Source: an uncultured Lachnospiraceae bacterium (GTDB lineage: Bacteria > Bacillota > Clostridia > Lachnospirales > Lachnospiraceae). From it: a stretch of DNA of 64,000 bases. A program made the position numbers and the translations under genes. Shown piece by piece: positions 41,257-50,842 of this stretch. The notes under the pieces were generated by a model. It was not told the origin of the DNA and did not search any database. It saw nothing but the letters and a program-made list of their open reading frames with translations. The number at the start of each line of letters is the position of its first letter. Positions within the stretch are counted from its first letter, which is position 1. The stretch is taken from NCBI GenBank assembly GCA_900315055.1, contig OMXP01000001.1, forward strand, positions 25,825-89,824. Direction: 5' to 3'.

Positions 41257-42159
41257 ATGCAGCCAATGAATCCGCTTCTTCTCACCGATACCATCGATGT
41301 CGAGGAAGCAAAGGAATCCGTCAGTGCCCTCGGCACCTGGCTTTCGAACTTCACCCAGACCGCGCTGAGCTTTCTCGTGCGCCTGGGCATCGCGATCGTC
41401 ATCTACCTCATCGTATCGAAGGTCCTGAAGAAGGTCCTGCAGCACCTCACAAAGTGGCTCGAGAAGAAAAACACAGATCCTTCCGTCAGCCACTTCATGA
41501 TTGCAGCCATCAAATATACGGTCCTGGTCTTCACGGTGGTCATGATCATCGTGCAGCTGGACATCGTCGAGGCAAGCTCCATTGCCGCCCTCATCGCCTC
41601 CGCCGGCGTTGCGATCTCCCTGGCTCTGCAGGGCGTTCTCTCGAACCTTGCAGGCGGCATCCTGATCCTGATTCTCCGTCCGTTCCGCGAGGGGGATTAC
41701 ATCGTCGTCAAGGATGCCGATGTGGAGGGAACGGTCGAGCGGATCGAGATCTATTACACGACGATTCGGACGCTCCTTGGCGGTACGGTCTCCATCCCGA
41801 ACTCCGCCCTGACCGGCAATGCGATCTCAAACGTCGCGCACGGCGGCATGAAGGGAATCTGTGTCAAGGTCGGGATCTCCTATGACGCCGACATCGAACA
41901 GGTGAAGACGATTCTCTGGGACATCTTAAAGAGCGAGAAACGGCTCGATGCGGCAGCTTACGCAAAGGTCTGCGTCGAGGAACTGGGAGACAGCGCCGTG
42001 GTGCTCTCCATACGGTCCATCTGCAGGGCGGAGGACTACTATGAGGCCTACTGGGCGCTCAATGAGACCATCCGGACCAGGTTTCAGAAGGAGGGCATCG
42101 AGATTCCGTACAATCAGCTCGATGTCCATATGATTGGACCGGAGAAGGAGAAGGCATGA
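41257..42159 (+). CDS. mscS: Small-conductance mechanosensitive channel
   Basis: Three TM helices, LALQG.LSNLAGG..IL..RPF..GD, IPNS, and IEIPYNQLDVH. Confidence 0.9.
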   Translation: MQPMNPLLLTDTIDVEEAKESVSALGTWLSNFTQTALSFLVRLGIAIVIYLIVSKVLKKVLQHLTKWLEKKNTDPSVSHFMIAAIKYTVLVFTVVMIIVQLDIVEASSIAALIASAGVAISLALQGVLSNLAGGILILILRPFREGDYIVVKDADVEGTVERIEIYYTTIRTLLGGTVSIPNSALTGNAISNVAHGGMKGICVKVGISYDADIEQVKTILWDILKSEKRLDAAAYAKVCVEELGDSAVVLSIRSICRAEDYYEAYWALNETIRTRFQKEGIEIPYNQLDVHMIGPEKEKA

Positions 42160-42713
42160 TGGGGCTCAGGCGAATCGGACGCATAACCATCTGCCAGGGG
42201 GAGATTGTGGACCTTTGCTCTGACACGGTCGTTCTGCCGGATGGCAAGGTGGAAGACTGGGATTTCGTACACCACAAAAAGGGCGGCGGCGCCGCAATCG
42301 TCGCCGTGCGAAAGAGCGATTCCAGAATTCTGCTGGTGCGTCAGTTCCGCCCGGCGATCGGAGAGACGATCCTGGAGCTTCCCGCAGGAGGAAGAGACGG
42401 GACGGAGGATACCATGGTGACCGCCTACCGGGAGCTTCAGGAGGAGACCGGATATGCGGCAGAAGAAGGATCGATGATAAAGCTCTGCCACATCCTCACT
42501 GCGGTTGCCTGGTGCGATGAGTTCACGGATATCTATCTTGCGCCTTCCGTGTCAAAGGTTTCCTCCCAGCAGCTTGACGAGGCGGAAGACATCAACGTGG
42601 AGGCCTTTGACCTTGGGGACATCCTGCAGATGATCCGGGAGGGGACCATCAAGGATGCGAAGACAGTCGCCGGCATCTGCGCCTATGCGGCAGGAAAGGG
42701 TACGCGCTCCTGA
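42156..42713 (+). CDS. NUDIX hydrolase, ADP-ribose pyrophosphatase-like
   Basis: LVRQFRP, Nudix box ELPAG.......TA.RELQEETG, and IKDAKT. Confidence 0.88.
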   Translation: MMGLRRIGRITICQGEIVDLCSDTVVLPDGKVEDWDFVHHKKGGGAAIVAVRKSDSRILLVRQFRPAIGETILELPAGGRDGTEDTMVTAYRELQEETGYAAEEGSMIKLCHILTAVAWCDEFTDIYLAPSVSKVSSQQLDEAEDINVEAFDLGDILQMIREGTIKDAKTVAGICAYAAGKGTRS

Positions 42714-42874
42714 AATCTTAAACACACAGATCCTTTTTGTAAGGTTCGGATAAGTTACCGCTGATATCAGTTATCCTAACCTTCGATCACTGCGTGTTCA
42801 GCGGGCACGCACCGCAGCAGGTGCTGCTGCGGGAATCAACCATGCAGCGCATGGACGCTAACAAAGGATCTAAC

Positions 42875-44804
42875 TTGCACTACCACAACCAAAAAGTCGC
42901 CCTGGCCCTGTCGGCCGTCCTTCTTCTTACCGGCTGCGGCTCCGCCGCATCGTCAACCTCTGCCTCGAGTGCCGAGAGCACGGCATCGGAAGAGACGTCC
43001 GGGACGGAAACAACTTCCGCTGAGACCTCGGAAACGGAGTCCTCAGAAGAGGCAGATTCGACTTCCACAACCGCCACAACTCTCTCAAAAGTCGACATGA
43101 GTGCCCGGCTCTACAATGAAGACGATGATGTCTACTACCAGATCGGCATCCGGTATGCGGCGAACTCGCCGGATGAGAACTACGACTCCCTCGCGATCTT
43201 TGTTCCCGGTGCCTACTTTGATGCCACTGACAACGGGGACGGGACATATACCTGCACGCTGACCAACAACGAGGTTGCGGGCTATACCGCCTCCACGGCA
43301 CCGATCGTCGTCCCGGTCAATACGCCCGGGTATTCGGCGCAGGAGGAGCTGACGGATTACACTGATGTCTCGGATCATACGGACGCGGGCTTTGTCTATG
43401 TCCACATCGGAGCAAGAGGCCGCGATGCCGGAGCCCCGGCCGGCGTTACGGATTTCAAGGCAGGGACCCGTTACCTTCGCTACAATGACGGTGTCATCGC
43501 CGGCGACATGGACCGGATCTTTACCTTCGGCATGTCCGGCGGCGGTGCCCAGTCGGCGCTTCTTGGCTCCACCGGGGACTCCGATCTCTACACGCCTTAC
43601 CTTGAGGAGATCGGTGCGGTCATGGAGACCTCCGATGCGGTGGACGGCTCCATGTGCTGGTGCCCGATCACGAGCCTTGACGAGGGCGATGAGGCCTATG
43701 AGTGGAACATGGGCGTGACCCGCACGGATCTGACAGGCGAAGAGCAGTCGATCTCCGACGCCCTGGCTGAAGCCTATGCCGAATATGTCAATGCCGAGGG
43801 CTTTGTCGATGAGGACGGCAATGCACTGACGCTTGAGGAGTCGGATGAGGGCATCTATCAGGCAGGCAGCTACTACGACTATATCAAGTCCGTCATCGAG
43901 GCATCCCTCAACAACTTCCTTACCGACACCACCTTCCCCTATGATGCGGACTCCGCAGAGGGCGGCGGCATGCCGGGCGGCGGTGCACCGGATGGCGAAA
44001 AGCCGGACGCAGAAGCACCGGATCGTGCGGCGCCTGACGGAACTTCTCCGGACGGGGCAGGTCCTGCGGACGCTGACACCTCTGCGAGTACGGACACCGG
44101 GACGACAAGCGTTGCCGATGCCATGAATCAGAGCGGGCAGAACGACAACATCACCCGTACACAGCAGTCGAACTCCGTCACAATCTCCGGAACCTATGAG
44201 ACCGCGCAGGATTACATCGACGCCCTGAATGCCAACGGCACCTGGGTGACCTATGATGCCGACACGAACACCGCAACGATCACGTCGGTTGCCGATTTCG
44301 TCAAGGCGATGAAGAGCGCCTCAAAGAGCCTCGGCGCCTTCGATCAGCTCGATGCCTCCCAGGGAGAGAACACGCTGTTCGGCTACGGAGACGGGAACGG
44401 CGCGCACTTTGATGCGACCCTGGCACAGATCCTTGAGGATCTCGGATCCGACTACGCAGACGACTATGCAGCAGATCTTGAGAAGACCGGCAGCCTCGGA
44501 ACCAGCGTTGCAACCCGCGTTGCGATGTATTCCCCGCTGTACTTCCTCATGGCGTCCGAGGACGGCTACGGCACCTCGACAGTGGCTTCTCACTGGAGAA
44601 TCCGCACCGGAATCGATCAGGGCGATACGGCTCTTTGCACCGAGGTTAAACCTCGCCCTTGCCCTTGAGGCCAATGAGAACGTCTCCGACGTCGATTTTG
44701 CGACGGTCTGGGGTCTTGGCCACACGATGGCAGAGCGCGCGGGAGATTCCACCACGAACTTCATCGAGTGGGTCAACGAGTGCATCGCACAAGAGGAAGC
44801 GTAA
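42875..44804 (+). pseudogene. Subtype A tannase-like alpha/beta hydrolase lipoprotein, frameshifted at ~44648
   Basis: Lipobox LTGC after a likely TTG start at 42875. PIVVPVNTPGYSAQ, GMSGGGAQS and WCPITSL motifs. HWRIRTGIDQGDTALCTEV continues as NLALAL...VWGLGHTMAE only in the +1 frame. Confidence 0.8.
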
Positions 44805-44846
44805 CCATTTCATACCTGGAGTCTTTATCCCACATGGGCTTTATCG

Positions 44847-44880
44847 GGCCGATCGGCAAGACCGGCCGGTCTTTTCTTTG
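44847..44880 (+). terminator. Putative intrinsic terminator
   Basis: GC-rich hairpin (GGCCGATCGG-caaga-CCGGCCGGTC, with wobble pairs) followed by TTTTCTTT. Confidence 0.55.
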
Positions 44881-44951
44881 CAAAGTCTTTACAGACAGAA
44901 AGCCGGATTCTGGTCTATCATGGTTTCATTCTTATACTTTGGGAGGAAACG

Positions 44952-45611
44952 ATGATCAGATCTGAAGTAATCCGCGACGATGAGACCGTACGTGCACTGT
45001 ACGACAAGGGAAATGAGATTCTGGGAAAGCTCGGCTACACCGACCACTCCATGAGCCACGCATCTCTTGTCGCCCAGAACGCCGGGCGGATTCTGACGGA
45101 GCTTGCCGCCGATGAACACACGATTGAGCTTGCCCGCATGGCGGGGTATCTGCACGATATCGGGAATGCGATCAACCGCTCGCACCATGCGGAGTACGGG
45201 GCGCTCCTTGCAAGACAGATCCTCATGCAGTACGACCTCACGACGAAGGATGTCATTGCCATCACCGCAACCGTCGCAAACCACGACGAGACCACGGGCT
45301 TTGCCTATGATGAAATCTCCGCGGCGCTGATTCTCGCGGACAAGGCGGACGTTCGAAGAAACCGCGTGCGCACCAAGGATCCATCCCTGTTTGATATCCA
45401 CGACCGGGTCAACTACGCGGTCACGGGCTCAAACCTTGTCATCGATACGGACAAAAAGAAGATCACCCTGAACCTTGCCATCGATGAATCGATCTGCTCC
45501 ATGTTCGACTATTTCGAGATCTTCCTCGACCGCATGATGATGTGCCGGCGTGCCGCGGAAGTGCTGAATCTGTGCTTTCGACTGAAGGCAAACGGACAGA
45601 AAGTCCTCTGA
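44952..45611 (+). CDS. HD-domain metal-dependent phosphohydrolase
   Basis: GYTDH...HA, AGYLHDIGNAINR, H, and LILADKAD motifs. Confidence 0.85.
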   Translation: MIRSEVIRDDETVRALYDKGNEILGKLGYTDHSMSHASLVAQNAGRILTELAADEHTIELARMAGYLHDIGNAINRSHHAEYGALLARQILMQYDLTTKDVIAITATVANHDETTGFAYDEISAALILADKADVRRNRVRTKDPSLFDIHDRVNYAVTGSNLVIDTDKKKITLNLAIDESICSMFDYFEIFLDRMMMCRRAAEVLNLCFRLKANGQKVL

Positions 45612-45672
45612 GGTCTCCAATATTGCCTCCTGCATGGTGTATAATAAAAAGACTTACCTTTAAGGAGACAGC

Positions 45673-48600
45673 ATGGATCTGATGGAACAGTGCCGCATCT
45701 GGCACAACAACAAAGAAGATGACAAGGTCGTGGAAACCCTGAAGAAGGTGCCTGGGAAAGATCTGACCCAGGATCTGTCCTTTATCTATGCAAGGAGCTG
45801 CAACAGCCTTGCGGCCAATGACCTGTTCGATGAGCGCACCTATGCGAAGGCACGCAGCGAACTGCACCGGGCGCTGGACCTTCTGCTGCCGCTGAAGGGT
45901 GCCCTCTCAAAGGATTTTGAATACAACTACGAAACCGGCTTTTCCTACCTCTATCTCGAGCAGGAATATGACGCGATGCCCTATCTGACAAAAGCGCTGG
46001 AGCTTCTGCCGGAAAACGACGAGAGTGCAAAGACGGATCTTGCGGATCTTCTGGGAATAGCCAATGACCGCATGTCGATTCCGACCTATCAGCGCTGCTT
46101 TGAAAAGCGGACGAAGGACGCCTGGGAAGCATTTGAACAGGAGGAGGCTGAACTTCGGCAGCTGATGGACACGGACGCGCCCCGGGATGTCGTGATGACG
46201 CGTGCCCGGAAAGCGCTGTCCCTTGCCTTCCAGGATCCCTCGTTTGAACTCGGGGAAGAGGACGGTCGGTACAAGCTCATCTTCCTGCCGCAGGGGGACA
46301 AGGTCCGACTCTTTGTCTATGCCTATTTTCAGGCGCATGCCCCGGCTTCCGTAAAGGCATTCTGGGATGTCATCGTCGGCAGACAGCCGATGAAGGACGT
46401 GAGTTTTTCCCTGGGCGAGGCCATGATCACCCCGGATGACTGTCTGTTCTGGATTGAGGAGATCGGAGAGGAAAGCTATCAGATCTCCATCTACAGTGAA
46501 AAGCTGAATTCCGTCAGCGAACAGAAACGCTGGTGGTATGCCTCGACCCTTGTCGACTGCGTGCTCGGGGAAATTCCGGCTTACCGGTATCTCACAAAGT
46601 TTGACGTTCTGAAGAAGCCTGCCGACTCAGAGGGCCAGATTCTGACCAGGCTCCCCGCCGTTCTCGAAGACCTCGGCCTTGACATCAGCGCGGACGCCGT
46701 GTCCTACCTGGAGGCTCTGACCGTATATGGTTCCACGCCCACCGATGAGGACGACGATATCTGGAGAGACGATGTCGTCACCGGCTCCACGAACTGTATG
46801 CCGCTCATCTCCGACTACATGCACGGAGACTACAGCCATGACGCAAGCCTTCGGCGGGATGGCATCGCCGCGGGCTTTTTCTGCTATCCTCTGGAATACT
46901 TCGACCCGGAAAAGCGCGATGAAGAGATCATGCTCTTTCGAACCGAGCTCACCGATGCGGTGCTGAGTGGAGCAGGTCCCGATGCCGTGGTGTTTACCGG
47001 CGGTGCCACGGGGGTGGACAACGGATATCTCGACTTCATCGCCTGGGACATTGACGCGGTGCTTGATGCCGCAAGGGACTACTTTACGAAGCGCCGGAAT
47101 GAGATCCCCTGGATCGGCTTCCATGCCTTTCGCCGGGACGTGCGCATCGCGGTGATTGAAGACGGTTCCGAGGACGGGATGCGAAGCGACGGGATCTTTA
47201 CGGGTTCCATCCTGCTTTCGGATCCCTCATTTGACCGGGCGCAGCTCCTGAAGGATCTGAAGGACCTGTGGAGACTGGAGCCCAAAGGAAAAGACGAGAA
47301 CACGACGGATTCGCTTGCCTTTACGCAGGATGACCTGTTTGCCGTTGTTCGCCTTTCCTCTTCTCCGATTCCGGACCAGGAGGCAGAGCTTGCCGCGCAG
47401 AACAACTATCTGTGGCCGGACGCCGTGGAGAAGGCAAAGGGCCACAAGGCAACCCTTGAGGTCGCCGTCATCGGAACGGACAAGACAAGGCTGGAGGCCG
47501 GGAAACTCTTTGTGAAGATTGCGGCGGCCTGCTGCCGTCAGAAGAACTGCTCGGCTGTCTATGCCAACGACATCGTGGTCTCCCCGGAGTTTTATGAATC
47601 CTGCTCGAAACTGATGGAAGATGACGAGCTGCCGATCCTGAACTGGATCTGGTTCGGTCTCTACCGCGGCAAGGACGATAAGATCTCCGGCTATACCCAC
47701 GGCATGGAAGCCTTTGATCTCAAGGAGCTCGAGATCGTCAACACGTGGCAGGAACCCACGCTCGTGCGCAGCATTCTGGTGAACCTGGTCTCGGTGGAAC
47801 TCGATGACAACATGGAGCTGACGGACGGCACCGTTGTGGGAATGCCGATTGAGGGAAAGGAGATCTCCTGGCATGAGATCCACAGGGGCCCGGGAGCCGC
47901 GTATCCGGGGCAGGAGACGCTTCATGTTACGGTGGCAGAACCGGACCGCACACCGTTCGTCCTCGAAAAAGCTGATCCCAAAGACCAGGTGGCAATCGGG
48001 CGGGAGGCAGTGTTTCTTGCCTTTGCTTCTTCCCGGGGGCTTCTGAAAGAACAGCTCCCGGATAAGGACATCCTGTCCTACGTACGGGAGGATCTCCACG
48101 GCGTGCTGACAAGCGATCTTCTCAATGCGTTCGGCTATCCCTTTGCCGCAGGCTATTACCGTCAGGATAAGGAACCGTTCTGCGTGCCGTCCTTTGTGTT
48201 CGACTCCATGCTGTATGAGGGGCAGGCTCTGGCAGACATGCTGGAGAGGCGCTATGTAAGCTATCAGAATCAGGTCTTCTTCGGGGGACCGGATCCGGAT
48301 GAGGCCGCACGGCATCTCATGGCACAGCTTCCGGAAAAAGGATATTACTTCCCGGCCATGCGGGACGACGATCCGCTGAAGGCCGGTCTTACGTACCTTC
48401 GCGCCTTTCAGGAGGAGAAAACGTGGCCGGTTCTTGTCTGCACGGGAGACGGGAGCCTCGCACAGCCGGATTCCGTCGCAAATCCGGACAACGGATTTCT
48501 CCTGTACTGGGATACGAAGGAGAACCGCACAAGGCCGGTCATCCTGACAAGGATTGTCTGTGAAAGCCCCTGGGAAGTTCTTCGAAACTTTTTTGACAAC

Positions 48601-48843
48601 CCCGGGGTGGTAGAGGCTGCAAAGCATTTCTATGAGTGCTACCAGGCAGAGCCTGCGACGATAGCGGCGACCGGCGTGGAGTTTCTTCTGCCAAAGCCGA
48701 TCCCCAAAGAGAAGGCGGCAGAAGAAGCCGCCTATCAGAAGGAAAAGTTCCCGGAGATGTTCGAGGGAATCGATCTCAAGTCCTATGAAAAGTACCTGAC
48801 GAGTGCCACGGTGTGGCACTTCTGGTGGAAGAGTACCACCTGA
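45673..48843 (+). CDS. Large multidomain TPR + DUF4261-like + DUF4253-like protein (immunity-type domains)
   Basis: N-terminal TPR (YARSCNSL...YETGFSYLYL...YL.KALEL). DUF4261-like 'SPIPDQEAE.AA.NNYLWPDA...LPILNWIWFGLY...YT.GM.AF'. C-terminal DUF4253-like 'W...Y.AEP...WHFWW'. Confidence 0.65.
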   Translation: MDLMEQCRIWHNNKEDDKVVETLKKVPGKDLTQDLSFIYARSCNSLAANDLFDERTYAKARSELHRALDLLLPLKGALSKDFEYNYETGFSYLYLEQEYDAMPYLTKALELLPENDESAKTDLADLLGIANDRMSIPTYQRCFEKRTKDAWEAFEQEEAELRQLMDTDAPRDVVMTRARKALSLAFQDPSFELGEEDGRYKLIFLPQGDKVRLFVYAYFQAHAPASVKAFWDVIVGRQPMKDVSFSLGEAMITPDDCLFWIEEIGEESYQISIYSEKLNSVSEQKRWWYASTLVDCVLGEIPAYRYLTKFDVLKKPADSEGQILTRLPAVLEDLGLDISADAVSYLEALTVYGSTPTDEDDDIWRDDVVTGSTNCMPLISDYMHGDYSHDASLRRDGIAAGFFCYPLEYFDPEKRDEEIMLFRTELTDAVLSGAGPDAVVFTGGATGVDNGYLDFIAWDIDAVLDAARDYFTKRRNEIPWIGFHAFRRDVRIAVIEDGSEDGMRSDGIFTGSILLSDPSFDRAQLLKDLKDLWRLEPKGKDENTTDSLAFTQDDLFAVVRLSSSPIPDQEAELAAQNNYLWPDAVEKAKGHKATLEVAVIGTDKTRLEAGKLFVKIAAACCRQKNCSAVYANDIVVSPEFYESCSKLMEDDELPILNWIWFGLYRGKDDKISGYTHGMEAFDLKELEIVNTWQEPTLVRSILVNLVSVELDDNMELTDGTVVGMPIEGKEISWHEIHRGPGAAYPGQETLHVTVAEPDRTPFVLEKADPKDQVAIGREAVFLAFASSRGLLKEQLPDKDILSYVREDLHGVLTSDLLNAFGYPFAAGYYRQDKEPFCVPSFVFDSMLYEGQALADMLERRYVSYQNQVFFGGPDPDEAARHLMAQLPEKGYYFPAMRDDDPLKAGLTYLRAFQEEKTWPVLVCTGDGSLAQPDSVANPDNGFLLYWDTKENRTRPVILTRIVCESPWEVLRNFFDNPGVVEAAKHFYECYQAEPATIAATGVEFLLPKPIPKEKAAEEAAYQKEKFPEMFEGIDLKSYEKYLTSATVWHFWWKSTT

Positions 48844-48849
48844 GAAGAA

Positions 48850-48883
48850 GACAGGCCGGAGACCTTTTGATCCCCGGCCTGTC
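48850..48883. terminator. Hairpin between convergent genes, possibly a bidirectional terminator
   Basis: GACAGGCCGG...CCGGCCTGTC inverted repeat. Confidence 0.55.
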
Positions 48884-48912
48884 GTGCATCCTGGCTTTGG
48901 TATTTACTGTCT

Positions 48913-50841
48913 TTATTCGAGCTCAAAGGCTCCCGTGTAGAGCTGATAGTACATGCCCTTCTTCGCGATGAGTTCGTCGTGGCTTCCACGCTCGATGATG
49001 CGGCCGTGGTCGAGGACCATGATCGCATCGGCGTTTCGAACCGTGGAGAGACGGTGCGCAATGACAAACACCGTTCTGCCCTTCATGAGGTTATCCATGC
49101 CCTGCTGTACGAGAGCCTCGGTTCTTGTGTCGATGGAGCTGGTCGCCTCATCGAGGATCATGACCGGAGGATCCGCAACCGCGGCTCTTGCGATGGAGAT
49201 CAGCTGCCGCTGTCCCTGGGAGAGCTGAGATCCGTTGCCGGTGAGCATGGTCTGATAGCCATCCGGAAGCCTCGTGATGAAGGCGTCCGCATTGGCAAGC
49301 TTTGCCGCAGCGATGCATTCCTCATCGGTGGCGTCGAGCTTTCCGTAGCGGATGTTGTCGATTACGGTGCCGGTGAAGAGGTTCACGTCCTGCAGCACGA
49401 CGCCGAGGGATCTTCGAAGATCCGGCTTCCGGATCTTGTTGATGTTGATGCCATCATAACGGATTTTCCCGTCCGGGATGTCATAGAACCGGTTGATGAG
49501 GTTCGTGATCGTCGTCTTGCCCGCCCCCGTTGCACCGACAAAAGCGATCTTCTGGCCGGGCTTTGCATAGAGGGAGATGTCATAGAGCACCTGCTTGTCC
49601 GGCGTGTAACCGAAGTCCACGTCGACAAGCTGCACGTCACCCTTGAGCTCCACATAGGTCGTGGTGCCGTCTGCCTTGTGATAGTGCTTCCATGCCCAGA
49701 GGTTTGTCTTGTGATCAGCTTCCGTGATGGTGCCGTCGGCTGCCTTGTTTGCGTTGACAAGCGTCACATAGCCATCGTCCTGTTCCGGCTTTTCATCGAT
49801 GATCTCGAAGATTCGCTCCGCACCGCCGGTTGCCATGGCGATCATGGCGACCTGCGAGGAGACCTGACCGACGGTCTGGGACATCTGGCGGGACATGGAC
49901 AGGAAGGAGATGATGATGCCGGCCGTAATCGTGTCCACCCCCGTAAGGGAGAGGTTCGGCGCCTTGGCGGCAACGAGCGCCGCACCGACGATGGCAAGGA
50001 GCACGTACATGATGTTGCCGATGTTCCCGAGGATGGGCATCAGCACGTTTCCGGCTTTGTTTGCGGCCTCGGAATCCTTAAAGAGCTGCTCATTGAGAAC
50101 ATCGAAGTCCTTCTTGGACTCGTCCTCGTGGGTGAAGACCTGAACGACCTTCTGGCCGTTCATGATCTCCTCGACAAAGCCCTCCTCCTTTGCGAGAGAG
50201 TTCTGCTGGGCGATCATGTATTTGGTCGACATGCCTCCGAACTTCTTCGAGACCTTTGCCATGAGAAACAGCACGAGGAGCACCGCGAGGGTGAGCCAGA
50301 CGCTGTAGTAGAGCATCATGACAAAGATCGCCGCAATCGTAATGGCACCCTGCGTCACCTGGGGCAGGGTCTGCCCGATGAGCTGCCGCACGGCGTCCGT
50401 GTCGTTCGTGTAGGTACTCATGATGGACCCGCGCTCGTGGGTGTCGAAGTACCGGATCGGCAGGGTCTCCATGTGCTCGAACATGTCGTCCCGTATGCTC
50501 TTTAAGGTTTTCTGCTCCACGACCGCCATGATCTGCGTATAGATAAGGGTCGTCAGGGCACCGGCGCCGTAGAGCACGGCCATCGTGACAATGATGGACA
50601 GGAACTGGCCGGCCACCGCTGCAAAACCGTTCGTAAGACCCGGCGTAATGACGTTATCGATGAGGCGCTGCAGGAACACCGTTGCGATGCTCGAGGAGAG
50701 TGCCGAGAGGACGATGCAGATTGTGACGACGATCAGGGAAACTCTGTTATGTGAGAAGATATAGCGCATGAGCCGTTTCAGGGATTTCATGCCGATCCCG
50801 CGGCTCCGGTCCATGGCTCTCTGCTGATTGTATCTTGGCAT
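48913..50841 (-). CDS. ABC exporter, fused permease/ATPase (heterodimer subunit 2, consensus site)
   Basis: TMD followed by GATGAGKT, LSQGQRQ, ILDEATSSID and IAHRLST motifs. Confidence 0.93.
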   Translation of the reverse strand: MPRYNQQRAMDRSRGIGMKSLKRLMRYIFSHNRVSLIVVTICIVLSALSSSIATVFLQRLIDNVITPGLTNGFAAVAGQFLSIIVTMAVLYGAGALTTLIYTQIMAVVEQKTLKSIRDDMFEHMETLPIRYFDTHERGSIMSTYTNDTDAVRQLIGQTLPQVTQGAITIAAIFVMMLYYSVWLTLAVLLVLFLMAKVSKKFGGMSTKYMIAQQNSLAKEEGFVEEIMNGQKVVQVFTHEDESKKDFDVLNEQLFKDSEAANKAGNVLMPILGNIGNIMYVLLAIVGAALVAAKAPNLSLTGVDTITAGIIISFLSMSRQMSQTVGQVSSQVAMIAMATGGAERIFEIIDEKPEQDDGYVTLVNANKAADGTITEADHKTNLWAWKHYHKADGTTTYVELKGDVQLVDVDFGYTPDKQVLYDISLYAKPGQKIAFVGATGAGKTTITNLINRFYDIPDGKIRYDGININKIRKPDLRRSLGVVLQDVNLFTGTVIDNIRYGKLDATDEECIAAAKLANADAFITRLPDGYQTMLTGNGSQLSQGQRQLISIARAAVADPPVMILDEATSSIDTRTEALVQQGMDNLMKGRTVFVIAHRLSTVRNADAIMVLDHGRIIERGSHDELIAKKGMYYQLYTGAFELE

Positions 50842-50842
50842 C

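Noticed and set aside
42794-44668. Programmed ribosomal frameshift in the tannase gene
   Set aside because: No canonical slippery heptamer or hungry-codon context, so it is recorded only as an unresolved frameshift.
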